In this document: positions 23,291 through 38,200 of the stretch, one piece after another | How positions within the stretch are numbered: the stretch's first letter is position 1 | Layout: each line of letters opens with the position of its first letter | Assembly (NCBI RefSeq): GCF_009914755.1 | Contig: NC_060946.1 | Direction: 5' to 3' (one strand) | From: the human T2T-CHM13v2.0 reference genome, Homo sapiens | DNA length: 64,000 nucleotides | Made by a program: the position numbers and the translations under genes | Notes under the pieces: model-generated | What the model saw: only the letters and a program-made list of their open reading frames with translations | Databases searched by the model: none | What the model was told of the DNA's origin: nothing

Positions 23291-26200
23291 AACTCTGTGA
23301 CCTGAATGCACACATCACAAAGAAGTTTCTGAGGATGCTGCTGTCTACTTTTTATACGTAATCCCGTTTCCAACGAAATCCTCCAAGCTATCCAAATATC
23401 CACTTGCAGATTCCACAGAAAGACTGTTTCAAAACTGCTCTGTCAATAGAAAGGTTCAACTCTGTTAGCTGCGTGCATATATCCCAAAGAAGATTTTGAG
23501 ATTGCTTCTGTCTAGTTTTTATGGGAAGATATTTCCCTTTTCACCGTAGGTGTCAAGGCTCTCCAAATGTCCACTTCCAGATACTACAAAAAGAGTGTTT
23601 CAAACCTACTCTGTGAAAGGGAATATTCAACTCTGTGACTTTAATGCACATATCACAAAGAAGTTTCTGAGAATGCTTCTGTCGAGATTTTATATGAAGA
23701 TATTCCCGTTTCCAAAGAAATCCTGAAATCTATCCAAATATCCCCTCGCAGATTCTACAAAAAGAGTGTTTCAAAACTGCTCTGTAAAAAGAAAGGTTCA
23801 ACTCTGTTAGTTGAGTACACACATCACAAACAAGTATCACAGAATGCTTCTTTCTAGCTTGTAGGGGAAGATATTCCCTTTATCACCATGGGCCTCAAAC
23901 CGTCCGAAACGTCCACTTCCATATACTTCAAAAAGAGCGTTTCAAACCTGCTCTATGAAAGGCAATGTTCAACTCTGTGACTTGAATGCAGACATCACAG
24001 AGCTGTTTCTGAGAATGCTTCTGTCTAGATTTTATAGGAAGATATTCCCGTTTCCAACGAAATCTTCACAGCTATCCAAATATCCACTTGCAGATTCTAC
24101 AAAAAGAGTGTATCCAAACTGCTCTGGCAAAAGGAAGGTTCTTCTCTGTTAGGTGAGTGCATACGTCATAAAGGAGTTTCTGAGAATGTTTCTGTCTAGT
24201 GGTTATGGGAAGATATTTGCTTTTTCACCGTAGGCCTCAGAGCGCTCCAAATATCCACTTGCACATACTACAAAAAGAGTGCCTCAAAGCTGCTCTTTGA
24301 AACGGAATGTTCAACTCTATGAGTTGAATGCAAACATCACAAAGACGTTTCTGAGAATGCTTCTGTCTAGATTTGATATGAAGATATTCCCGTTTCCAAC
24401 GAAATCTTCAAATCTATCCAAATGTCCACTTGCAGATTCAACAAAAAGTGTTTTTCAGAACTTCTCTATCAAAAGAAAGATCCACCTCTGTTAGCTGAGT
24501 TCACACATCACAAACAAGTTTATGAGAATGCTTCTGTCTAGTTTTTATTTGAAGATATTTCCTTTCTCACCATAGACCTGAAAGCTGTCCTAATGTTCAC
24601 TTCCAGATACTACAGAAAGAGTGTTTCAAAACTGCTGTATGAAAGGGAATGTTCAACTCTGTGACTTGAATGCACACATCACAAAGAAGTTTCTGAGGAT
24701 GCTGCTGTCTACTTTTTATATGTAATCCCGTTTCCAACGAAATCCTCCAAGCTATCCAAATATCCACTTGCAGATTCCACAGAAAGTCTGTTTCAAAACT
24801 GCTCTGTCAATAGAAAGGTTCAACTCTGTTAGCTGCGTGTATATATCCCAAAGAAGATTCTGAGATTGCTTCTGTCTAGTTTTTATGGGAAGATATTTCC
24901 CTTTTCACCGTAGGCGTCAAGGCGCTCCAAATGTCCACTTCCAGATACTACAAAAAGAGTGTTTCAAACCTACTCTGTGAAAGGGAATATTCAACTCTGT
25001 GACTTTAATGCACATATCACAAAGAAGTTTCTGATAATGCTTCTGTCGAGATTTTATATGAAGATATTCCCGTTTCCAACGAAATCCTGAAATCTATCCA
25101 AATATCCCCTCGCAGATTCTACAAAAAGAGTGTTTCAAAACTGCTCTGTAAAAAGAAAGGTTCAACTCTGTTAGTTGAGTACACACATCACAAACAAGTT
25201 TCACAGAATGCTTCTTTCTAGCTTGTAGGGGAAGATATTCCCTTTATCACCATGGGCCTCCAACCGTCCGAAACATCCACTTCCATATACTACAAAAAGA
25301 GCGTTTCAAACCTGCTCTATGAAAGGCAATGTTCAACTCTGTGACTTGAATGCAGACATCACAGAGCAGTTTCTGAGAATGCTTCTGTCTAGATTTTATA
25401 GGAAGATATTCCCGTTTCCAACGAAATCTTCACAGCTATCCAAATATCCACTTGCAGATTCTACAAAAAGAGTGTATCAAAACTGCTCTGTCAAAAGGAA
25501 GGTTCTTCTCTGTTAGGTGAGTGCATACGTCATAAAGGAGTTTCTGAGAATGTTTCTGTCTAGTGGTTATGGGAAGATATTTGCTTTTTCACCGTAGGCC
25601 TCAGAGCGCTCCAAATATCCACTTGCACATACTACAAAAAGAGTGCCTCAAAGCTGCTCTCTGAAACGGAATGTTCAACTCTATGAGTTGAATGCAAACA
25701 TCACAAAGACGTTTCTGAGAATGCTTCTGTCTAGATTTGATATGAAGATATTCCCGTTTCCAACGAAATCTTCAAATCTATCCAAATGTCCACTTGCAGA
25801 TTCAACAAAAAGTGTTTTTCAGAACTGCTCTATCAAAAGAAAGATCCACCTCTGTTAGCTGAGTTCACACATCACAAACAAGTTTATGAGAATGCTTCTG
25901 TCTAGTTTTTATTTGAAGATATTTCCTTTCTCACCATAGACCTGAAAGCTGTCCTAATGTTCACTTCCAGATACTACAGAAAGAGTGTTTCAAAACTGCT
26001 GTGCGAAAGGGAATGTTCAACTCTGTGACTTGAATGCACACATCACAAAGAAGTTTCTGAGGATGCTGCTGTCTACTTTTTATACGTAATCCCGTTTCCA
26101 ACGAAATCCTCCAAGCTATCCAAATATCCACTTGCAGATTCCACAGAAAGACTGTTTCAAAACTGCTCTGTCAATAGAAAGGTTCAACTCTGTTAGCTGC

Positions 26201-29200
26201 GTGCATATATCCCAAAGAAGATTCTGAGATTCCTTCTGTCTAGTTTTTATGGGAAGATATTTCCCTTTTCACCGTAGGCGTCAAGGCGCTCCAAATGTCC
26301 ACTTCCAGATACTACAAAAAGAGTGTTTCAAACCTACTCTGTGAAAGGGAATATTCAACTCTGTGACTTGAATGCACATATCACAAAGAAGTTTCTGAGA
26401 ATGCTTCTGTCGAGATTTTATATGAAGATATTCCCGTTTCCAACGAAATCCTGAAATCTATCCAAATATCCCCTCGCAGATTCTACAAAAAGAGTGTTTC
26501 AAAACTGCTCTGTAAAAAGAAAGGTTCAACTCTGTTAGTTGAGTACACACATCACAAACAAGTTTCACAGAATGCTTCTTTCTAGCTTGTAGGGGAAGAT
26601 ATTCCCTTTATCAGCATGGTCCTCAAACCGTCCGAAACGTCCACTTCCATATACTACAAAAAGAGCGTTTCAAACCTGCTCTAGGAAAGGCAATGTTCAA
26701 CTCTGTGACTTGAATGCAGACATCACAGAGCAGTTTCTGAGAATGCTTCTGTCTAGATTTTATAGGAAGATATTCCCGTTTCCAACGAAATCTTCACAGC
26801 TATCCAAATATCCACTTGCAGATTCTACAAAAAGAGTGTATCAAAACTGCTCTGTCAAAAGGAAGGTTCTTCTCTGTTAGGTGAGTGCATACGTCATAAA
26901 GGAGTTTCTGAGAATGTTTCTGTCTAGTGGTTATGGGAAGATATTTGCTTTTTCACCGTAGGCCTCAGAGCGCTCCAAATATCCACTTGCACATACTACA
27001 AAAAGAGTGCCTCAAAGCTGCTCTCTGAAACGGAATGTTCAACTCTATGAGTTGAATGCAAACATCACAAAGACGTTTCTGAGAATGCTTCTGTCTAGAT
27101 TTGATATGAAGATATTCCCGTTTCCAACGAAATCTTCAAATCTATCCAAATGTCCACTTGCAGATTCAACAAAAAGTGTTTTTCAGAACTGCTCTATCAA
27201 AAGAAAGATCCACCTCTGTTAGCTGAGTTCACACATCACAAACAAGTTTATGAGAATGCTTCTGTCTAGTTTTTATTTGAAGATATTTCCTTTCTCACCA
27301 TAGACCTGAAAGCTGTCCTAATGTTCACTTCCAGATACTACAGAAAGAGTGTTTCAAAACTGCTGTACGAAAGGGAATGTTCAACTCTGTGACTTGAATG
27401 CACACATCACAAAGAAGTTTCTGAGGATGCTGCTGTCTACTTTTTATACGTAATCCCGTTTCCAACGAAATCCTCCAAGCTATCCAAATATCCACTTGCA
27501 GATTCCACAGAAAGACTGTTTCAAAACTGCTCTGTCAATAGAAAGGTTCAACTCTGTTAGCTGCGTGCATATATCCCAAAGAAGATTCTGAGATTGCTTC
27601 TGTCTAGTTTTTATGGGAAGATATTTCCCTTTTCACCGTAGGCGTCAAGGCGCTCCAAATGTCCACTTCCAGATACTACAAAAAGAGTGTTTCAAACCTA
27701 CTCTGTGAAAGGGAATATTCAACTCTGTGACTTGAATGCACATATCACAAAGAAGTTTCTGAGAATGCTTCTGTCGAGATTTTATATGAAGATATTCCCG
27801 TTTCCAACGAAATCCTGAAATCTATCCAAATATCCCCTCGCAGATTCTACAAAAAGAGTGTTTCAAAACTGCTCTGTAAAAAGAAAGGTTCAACTCTGTT
27901 AGTTGAGTACACACATCACAAACAAGTTTCACAGAATGCTTCTTTCTAGCTTGTAGGGGAAGATATTCCCTTTATCACCATGGTCCTCAAACCGTCCGAA
28001 ACGTCCACTTCCATATACTACAAAAAGAGCGTTTCAAACCTGCTCTAGGAAAGGCAATGTTCAACTCTGTGACTTGAATGCAGACATCACAGAACAGTTT
28101 CTGAGAATGCTTCTGTCTAGATTTTATAGGAAGATATTCCCGTTTCCAACGAAATCTTCACAGCTATCCAAATATCCACTTGCAGATTCTACAAAAAGAG
28201 TGTATCAAAACTGCTCTGTCAAAAGGAAGGTTCTTCTCTGTTAGGTGAGTGCATACGTCATAAAGGAGTTTCTGAGAATGTTTCTGTCTAGTGGTTATGG
28301 GAAGATATTTGCTTTTTCACCGTAGGCCTCAGAGCGCTCCAAATATCCACTTGCACATACTACAAAAAGAGTGCCTCAAAGCTGCTCTCTGAAACGGAAT
28401 TTTCAACTCTATGAGTTGAATGCAAACATCACAAAGACGTTTCTGAGAATGCTTCTGTCTAGATTTGATATGAAGATATTCCCGTTTCCAACGAAATCTT
28501 CAAATCTATCCAAATGTCCACTTGCAGATTCAACAAAAAGTGTTTTTCAGAACTGCTCTATCAAAAGAAAGATCCACCTCTGTTAGCTGAGTTCACACAT
28601 CACAAACAAGTTTATGAGAATGCTTCTGTCTAGTTTTTATTTGAAGATATTTCCTTTCTCACCATAGACCTGAAAGCTGTCCTAATGTTCACTTCCAGAT
28701 ACTACAGAAAGAGTGTTTCAAAACTGCTGTACGAAAGGGAATTTTCAACTCTGTGACTTGAATGCACACATCACAAAGAAGTTTCTGAGGATGCTGCTGT
28801 CTACTTTTTATACGTAATCCCGTTTCCAACGAAATCCTCCAAGCTATCCAAATATCCACTTGCAGATTCCACAGAAAGACTGTTTCAAAACTGCTCTGTC
28901 AATAGAAAGGTTCAACTCTGTTAGCTGCGTGCATATATCCCAAAGAAGATTCTGAGATTGCTTCTGTCTAGTTTTTATGGGAAGATATTTCCCTTTTCAC
29001 CGTAGGCGTCAAGGCGCTCCAAATGTCCACTTCCAGATACTACAAAAAGAGTGTTTCAAACCTACTCTGTGAAAGCGAATATTCAACTCTGTGACTTGAA
29101 TGCACATATCACAAAGAAGTTTCTGAGAATGCTTCTGTCGAGATTTTATATGAAGATATTCCCGTTTCCAACGAAATCCTGAAATCTATCCAAATATCCC

Positions 29201-32200
29201 CTCGCAGATTCTACAAAAAGAGTGTTTCAAAACTGCTCTGTAAAAAGAAAGGTTCAACTCTGTTAGTTGAGTACACACATCTCAAACAAGTTTCACAGAA
29301 TGCTTCTTTCTAGCTTGTAGGGGAAGATATTCCCTTTATCACCATGGGCCTCCAACCGTCCGAAACGTCCACTTCCATATACTACCAAAAGAGCGTTTCA
29401 AACCTGCTCTAGGAAAGGCAATGTTCAACTCTCTGACTTGAATGCAGACATCACAGAGCAGTTTCTGAGAATGCTTCTGTCTAGATTTTATAGGAAGATA
29501 TTCCCGTTTCCAACGAAATCTTCACAGCTATCCAAATATCCACTTGCAGATTCTACAAAAAGAGTGTATCAAAACTGCTCTGTCAAAAGGAAGGTTCTTC
29601 TCTGTTAGGTGAGTGCATACGTCATAAAGGAGTTTCTGAGAATGTTTCTGTCTAGTGGTTATGGGAAGATATTTGCTTTTTCCCCGTAGACCTCAGAGCG
29701 CTCCAAATGTCCACTTGCACATGCTACAAAAAGAGTGCTTCAAAGCTGCTCTCTGAAAGGGAATGTTCAACTCTATGAGTTGAATGTAAACATCACAAAG
29801 ACGTTTCTGAGAATGTTTCTGTCTAGATTTGATATGAAGATATTCCCGTTTCCAACGAAATCTTCAAATCTATCCAAATGTCCACTTGCAGATTCAACAA
29901 AAAGTGTTTTTCAAAACTGCTGTATCAAAAGAAAGATCCACGTCTGTTAGCTGAGTTCACACATCACAAACAAGTTTATGAGAATGCTTCTGTCTAGTTT
30001 TTATTTGAAGATATTTCCTTTCTCACCATAGACCTGAAAGCTGTCCTAATGTTCACTTCCAGATACTACAGAAAGAGTGTTTCAAAACTGCTGTACGAAA
30101 GGGAATGTTCAACTCTGTGACTTGAATGCACACATCACAAAGAAGTTTCTGAGGATGCTGCTGTCTACTTTTTATACGTAATCCCGTTTCCAACGAAATC
30201 CTCCAAGCTATCCAAATATCCACTTGCAGATTCCACAGAAAGACTGTTTCAAAACTGCTCTGTCAATAGAAAGGTTCAACTCTGTTAGCTGCGTGCATAT
30301 ATCCCAAAGAAGATTTTGAGATTGCTTCTGTCTAGTTTTTATGGGAAGATATTTCCCTTTTCACCGTAGGTGTCAAGGCTCTCCAAATGTCCACTTCCAG
30401 ATACTACAAAAAGTGTGTTTCAAACCTACTCTGTGAAAGGGAATATTCAACTCTGTGACTTTAATGCACATATCACAAAGAAGTTTCTGAGAATGCTTCT
30501 GTCGAGATTTTATATGAAGATATTCCCGTTTCCAAAGAAATCCTGAAATCTATCCAAATATCCCCTCGCAGATTCTACAAAAAGAGTGTTTCAAAACTGC
30601 TCTGTAAAAAGAAAGGTTCAACTCTGTTAGTTGAGTACACACATCACAAACAAGTTTCACAGAATGCTTCTTTCTAGCTTGTAGGGGAAGATATTCCCTT
30701 TATCACCATGGGCCTCCAACCGTCCGAAACGTCCACTTCCATATAGTACAAAAAGAGCGTTTCAAACCTGCTCTAGGAAAGGCAATGTTCAACTCTGTGA
30801 CTTGAATGCAGACATCACAGAGCAGTTTCTGAGAATGCTTCTGTCTAGATTTTATAGGAAGATATTCCCGTTTCCAACGAAATCTTCACAGCTATCCAAA
30901 TATCCACTTGCAGATTCTACAAAAAGAGTGTATCAAAACTGCTCTGTCAAAAGGAAGGTTCTTCTCTGTTAGGTGAGTGCATACGTCATAAAGGAGTTTC
31001 TGAGAATGTTTCTGTCTAGTGGTTATGGGAAGATATTTGCTTTTTCACCGTAGGCCTCAGAGCGATTCAAATATCCACTTGCACATACTACAAAAAGAGT
31101 GCCTCAAAGCTGCTCTCTGAAACGGAATGTTCAACTCTATGAGTTGAATGCAAACATCACAAAGACGTTTCTGAGAATGCTTCTGTCTAGATTTGATATG
31201 AAGATATTCCCGTTTCCAACGAAATCTTCAAATCTATCCAAATGTCCACTTGCAGATTCAACAAAAAGTGTTTTTCAGAACTGCTCTATCAAAAGAAAGA
31301 TCCACCTCTGTTAGCTGAGTTCACACATCACAAACAAGTTTATGAGAATGCTTCTGTCTAGTTTTTATTTGAAGATATTTCCTTTCTCACCATAGACCTG
31401 AAAGCTGTCCTAATGTTCACTTCCAGATACTACAGAAAGAGTGTTTCAAAACTGCTGTACGAAAGGGAATGTTCAACTCTGTGACTTGAATGCACACATC
31501 ACAAAGAAGATTCTGAGGATGCTGCTGTCTACTTTTTATACGTAATCCCGTTTCCAACGAAATCCTCCAAGCTATCCAAATATCCACTTGCAGATTCCAC
31601 AGAAAGACTGTTTCAAAACTGCTCTGTCAATAGAAAGGTTCAACTCTGTTAGCTGCGTGCATATATCCCAAAGAAGATTTTGAGATTGCTTCTGTCTAGT
31701 TTTTATGGGAAGATATTTCCCTTTTCACCGTAGGTGTCAAGGCTCTCCAAATGTCCACTTCCAGATACTACAAAAAGAGTGTTTCAAACCTACTCTGTGA
31801 AAGGGAATATTCAACTCTGTGACTTTAATGCACATATCACAAAGAAGTTTCGGAGAATGCTTCTGTCGAGATTTTATATGAAGATATTCCCGTTTCCAAA
31901 GAAATCCTGAAATCTATCCAAATATCCCCTCGCAGATTCTACAAAAAGAGTGTTTCAAAACTGCTCTGTAAAAAGAAAGGTTCAACTCTGTTAGTTGAGT
32001 ACACACATCACAAACAAGTTTCACAGAATGCTTCTTTCTAGCTTGTAGGGGAAGATATTCCCTTTATCACCATGGGCCTCCAACCGTCCGAAACGTCCAC
32101 TTCCATATACTACAAAAAGAGCGTTTCAAACCTGCTCTAGGAAAGGCAATGTTCAACTCTGTGACTTGAATGCAGACATCACAGAGCAGTTTCTGAGAAT

Positions 32201-35200
32201 GCTTCTGTCTAGATTTTATAGGAAGATATTCCCGTTTCCAACGAAATCTTCACAGCTATCCAAATATCCACTTGCAGATTCTACAAAAAGAGTGTATCAA
32301 AACTGCTCTGTCAAAAGGAAGGTTCTTCTCTGTTAGGTGAGTGCATACGTCATAAAGGAGTTTCTGAGAATGTTTCTGTCTAGTGGTTATGGGAAGATAT
32401 TTGCTTTTTCACCGTAGGCCTCAGAGCGCTCCAAATATCCACTTGCACATACTACAAAAAGAGTGCCTCAAAGCTGCTCTTTGAAACGGAATGTTCAACT
32501 CTATGAGTTGAATGCAAACATCACAAAGACGTTTCTGAGAATGCTTCTGTCTAGATTTGATATGAAGATATTCCCGTTTCCAACGAAATCTTCAAATCTA
32601 TCCAAATGTCCACTTGCAGATTCAACAAAAAGTGTTTTTCAGAACTGCTTTATCAAAAGAAAGATCCACCTCTGTTAGCTGAGTTCACACATCACAAACA
32701 AGTTTATGAGAATGCTTCTGTCTAGTTTTTATTTGAAGATATTTCCTTTCTCACCATAGACCTGAAAGCTGTCCTAATGTTCACTTCCAGATACTACAGA
32801 AAGAGTGTTTCAAAACTGCTGTACGAAAGGGAATGTTCAACTCTGTGACTTGAATGCACACATCACAAAGAAGTTTCTGAGGATGCTGCTGTCTACTTTT
32901 TATACGTAATCCCGTTTCCAACGAAATCCTCCAAGCTATCCAAATATCCACTTGCAGATTCCACAGAAAGACTGTTTCAAAACTGCTCTGTCAATAGAAA
33001 GGTTCAACTCTGTTAGCTGCGTGCATATATCCCAAAGAAGATTCTGAGATTGCTTCTGTCTAGTTTTTATGGGAAGATATTTCCCTTTTCACCGTAGGCG
33101 TCAAGGCGCTCCAAATGTCCACTTCCAGATACTACAAAAAGAGTGTTTCAAACCTACTCTGTGAAAGGGAATATTCAACTCTGTGACTTGAATGCAGATA
33201 TCACAAAGAAGTTTCTGAGAATGCTTCTGTCGAGATTTTATATGAAGATATTCCCGTTTCCAACGAAATCCTGAAATCTATCCAAATATCCCCTCGCAGA
33301 TTCTACAAAAAGAGTGTTTCAAAACTGTTCTGTAAAAAGAAAGGTTCAACTCTGTTAGTTGAGTACACACATCACAAACAAGTATCACAGAATGCTTCTT
33401 TCTAGCTTGTAGGGAAAGATATTCCCTTTATCACCATGGGCCTCAAACCGTCCGAAACGTCCACTTCCATATACTTCAAAAAGAGCGTTTCAAACCTGCT
33501 CTATGAAAGGCAATGTTCAACTCTGTGACTTGAATGCAGACATCACAGAGCTGTTTCTGAGAATGCTTCTGTCTAGATTTTATAGGATGATATTCCCGTT
33601 TCCAACGAAATCTTCACAGCTATCCAAATATCCACTTGCAGATTCTACAAAAAGAGTGTATCCAAACTGCTCTGGCAAAAGGAAGGTTCTTCTCTGTTAG
33701 GTGAGTGCATACGTCATAAAGGAGTTTCTGAGAATGTTTCTGTCTAGTGGTTATGGGAAGATATTTGCTTTTTCACCGTAGGCCTCAGAGCGCTCCAAAT
33801 ATCCACTTGCACATACTACAAAAAGAGTGCCTCAAAGCTGCTCTCTGAAATGGAATGTTCAACTCTATGAGTTGAATGCAAACATCACAAAGACGTTTCT
33901 GAGAATGCTTCTGTCTAGATTTGATATGAAGATATTCCCGTTTCCAACGAAATCTTCAAATCTATCCAAATGTCCACTTGCAGATTCAACAAAAAGTGTT
34001 TTTCAGAACTGCTCTATCAAAAGAAAGATCCACCTCTGTTAGCTGAGTTCACACATCCAAACAAGTTTATGAGAATGCTTCTGTCTAGTTTTTATTTGAA
34101 GATATTTCCTTTCTCACCATAGACCTGAAAGCTGTCCTAATGTTCACTTCCAGATACCACAGAAAGAGTGTTTAATAACTGCTGTACGAAAAGGAATGTT
34201 CAACTCTGTGACTTGAATGCACACATCACAAAGAAGTTTCTGAGGATGCTGCTTTCTACTTTTTATACGTAATCCCGTTTCCAACGAAATCCTCCAAGCT
34301 ATCCAAATATCCACTTGCAGATTCCACAGAAAGACTGTTTCAAAACTGCTCTGTCAATAGAAAGGTTCAACTCTGTTAGCTGTGTGCATATATCCCAAAG
34401 AAGATTCTGAGATTGCTTCTGTCTAGTTTTTATGGGAAGATATTTCCCTTTTCACCGTAGGTGTCAAGGCGCTCCAAATGTCCACTTCCAGATACTACAA
34501 AAAGAGTGTTTCAAACCTACTCTGTGAAAGGGAATATTCAACTCTGTGACTTTAATGCACATATCACAAAGAAGTTTCTGAGAATGCTTCTGTCGAGATT
34601 TTTTATGAAGATATTCCCGTTTCCAAAGAAATCCTGAAATCTATCCAAATATCCCCTCGCAGATTCTACAAAAAGAGTGTTTCAAAACTGCTCTGTAAAA
34701 AGAAAGGTTCAACTCTGTTAGTTGAGTACACACATCACAAACAAGTTTCACAGAATGCTTCTTTCTAGCTTGTAGGGGAAGATATTCCCTTTATCACCAT
34801 GGGCCTCCAACCGTCCGAAACGTCCACTTCCATATACTACAAAAAGAGCGTTTCAAACCTGCTCTATGAAAGGCAATGTTCAACTCTGTGACTTGAATGC
34901 AGACATCACAGAGCAGTTTCTGAGAATGCTTCTGTCTAGATTTTATATGAAGATATTCCCGTTTCCAACGAAATCTTCACAGCTATCCAAATATACACTT
35001 GCAGATTCTACAAAAAGAGTGTATCAAAACTGCTCTGTCAAAAGGAAGGTTCTTCTCTTTTAGGTGAGTGCATACGTCATAAAGGAGTTTCTGAGAATGT
35101 TTCTGTCTAGTGGTTATGGGAAGATATTTGCTTTTTCACCGTAGGCCTCAGAGCGCTCCAAATATCCACTTGCACATACTACAAAAAGAGTGCCTCAAAG

Positions 35201-38200
35201 CTGCTCTTTGAAACGGAATGTTCAACTCTATGAGTTGAATGCAAACATCACAAAGACGTTTCTGAGAATGCTTCTGTCTAGATTTGATATGAAGATATTC
35301 CCGTTTCCAACGAAATCTTCAAATCTATCCAAATGTCCACTTGCAGATTCAACCAAAAGTGTTTTTCAGAACTGCTCTATCAAAAGAAAGATCCACCTCT
35401 GTTAGCTGAGTTCACACATCACAAACAAGTTTATGAGAATGCTTCTGTCTAGTTTTTATTTGAAGATATTTCCTTTCTCACCATAGACCTGAAAGCTGTC
35501 CTAATGTTCACTTCCAGATACTACAGAAAGAGTGTTTCAAAACTGCTGTATGAAAGGGAATGTTCAACTCTGTGACTTGAATGCACACATCACAAAGAAG
35601 TTTCTGAGGATGCTGCTGTCTACTTTTTATATGTAATCCCGTTTCCAACGAAATCCTCCAAGCTATCCAAATATCCACTTGCAGATTCCACAGAAAGACT
35701 GTTTCAAAACAGCTCTGTCAATAGAAAGGTTCAACTCTGTTAGCTGCGTGCATATATCCCAAAGAAGATTCTGAGATTGCTTCTGTCTAGTTTTTATGGG
35801 AAGATATTTCCCTTTTCACCGTAGGCGTCAAGGCGCTCCAAATGTCCACTTCCAGATACTACAAAAAGAGTGTTTCAAACCTACTCTGTGAAAGGGAATA
35901 TTCAACTCTGTGACTTGAATGCACATATCACAAAGAAGTTTCTGATAATGCTTCTGTCAAGATTTTATATGAAGATATTCCCGTTTCCAACGAAATCCTG
36001 AAATCTATCCAAATATCCCCTCGCAGATTCTACAAAAAGAGTGTTTCAAAACTGCTCTGTAAAAAGAAAGGTTCAACTCTGTTAGTTGAGTACACACATC
36101 ACAAACAAGTTTCACAGAATGCTTCTTTCTAGCTTGTAGGGGAAGATATTCCCTTTATCACCATGGGCCTCCAACCGTCCGAAACATCCACTTCCATATA
36201 CTACAAAAAGAGCGTTTCAAACCTGCTCTATGAAAGGCAATGTTCAACTCTGTGACTTGAATGCAGACATCACAGAGCAGTTTCTGAGAATGCTTCTGTC
36301 TAGATTTTATAGGAAGATATTCCCGTTTCCAACGAAATCTTCACAGCTATCCAAATATCCACTTGCAGATTCTACAAAAAGAGTGTATCAAAACTGCTCT
36401 GTCAAAAGGAAGGTTCTTCTCTGTTAGGTGAGTGCATACGTCATAAAGGAGTTTCTGAGAATGTTTCTGTCTAGTGGTTATGGGAAGATATTTGCTTTTT
36501 CACCGTAGGCCTCAGAGCGCTCCAAATATCCACTTGCACATACTACAAAAAGAGTGCTTCAAAGCTGCTCTCTGAAACGGAATGTTCAACTCTATGAGTT
36601 GAATGCAAACATCACAAAGACGTTTCTGAGAATGCTTCTGTCTAAATTTGATATGAAGATATTCCCGTTTCCAACGAAATCTTCAAATCTATCCAAATGT
36701 CCACTTGCAGATTCAACAAAAAGTGTTTTTCAGAACTGCTCTATCAAAAGAAAGATCCACCTCTGTTAGCTGAGTTCACACATCACAAACAAGTTTATGA
36801 GAATGCTTCTGTCTAGTTTTTATTTGAAGATATTTCCTTTCTCACCATAGACCTGAAAGCTGTCCTAATGTTCACTTCCAGATACTACAGAAAGAGTGTT
36901 TCAAAACTGCTGTACGAAAGGGAATGTTCAACTCTGTGACTTGAATGAACACATCACAAAGAAGTTTCTGAGGATGCTGCTGTCTACTTTTTATACGTAA
37001 TCCCGTTTCCAACGAAATCCTCCAAGCTATCCAAATATCCACTTGCAGATTCCACAGAAAGACTGTTTCAAAACTGCTCTGTCAATAGAAAGGTTCAACT
37101 CTGTTAGCTGCGTGCATATATCCCAAAGAAGATTTTGAGATTGCTTCTGTCTAGTTTTTATGGGAAGATATTTCCCTTTTCACCGTAGGTGTCAAGGCTC
37201 TCCAAATGTCCACTTCCAGATACTACAAAAAGAGTGTTTCAAACCTACTCTGTGAAAGGGAATATTCAACTCTGTGACTTTAATGCACATATCACAAAGA
37301 AGTTTCTGAGAATGCTTCTGTCGAGATTTTATATGAAGATATTCCCGTTTCCAAAGAAATCCTGAAATCTATCCAAATATCCCCTCGCAGATTCTACAAA
37401 AAGAGTGTTTCAAAACTGCTCTGTAAAAAGAAAGGTTCAACTCTGTTAGTTGAGTACACACATCACAAACAAGTTTCACAGAATGCTTCTTTCTAGCTTG
37501 TAGGGGAAGATATTCCCTTTATCACCATGGGCCTCCAACCGTCCGAAACGTCCACTTCCATATACTACAAAAAGAGCGTTTCAAACCTGCTCTAGGAAAG
37601 GCAATGTTCAACTCTGTGACTTGAATGCAGACATCACAGAGCAGTTTCTGAGAATGCTTCTGTCTAGATTTTATAGGAAGATATTCCCGTTTCCAACGAA
37701 ATCTTCACAGCTATCCAAATATCCACTTGCAGATTCTACAAAAAGAGTGTATCCAAACTGCTCTGTCAAAAGGAAGGTTCTTCTCTGTTAGGTGAGTGCA
37801 TACGTCATAAAGGAGTTTCTGAGAATGTTTCTGTCTAGTGGTTATGGGAAGATATTTGCTTTTTCACCGTAGGCCTCAGAGCGCTCCAAATATCCACTTG
37901 CACATACTACAAAAAGAGTGCCTCAAAGCTGCTCTTTGAAACGGAATGTTCAACTCTATGAGTTGAATGCAAACATCACAAAGACGTTTCTGAGAATGCT
38001 TCTGTCTAGATTTGATATGAAGATATTCCCGTTTCCAACGAAATCTTCAAATCTATCCAAATGTCCACTTGCAGATTCAACAAAAAGTGTTTTTCAGAAC
38101 TGCTCTATCAAAAGAAAGATCCACGTCTGTTAGCTGAGTTCACACATCACAAACAAGTTTATGAGAATGCTTCTGTCTAGTTTTTATTTGAAGATATTTC

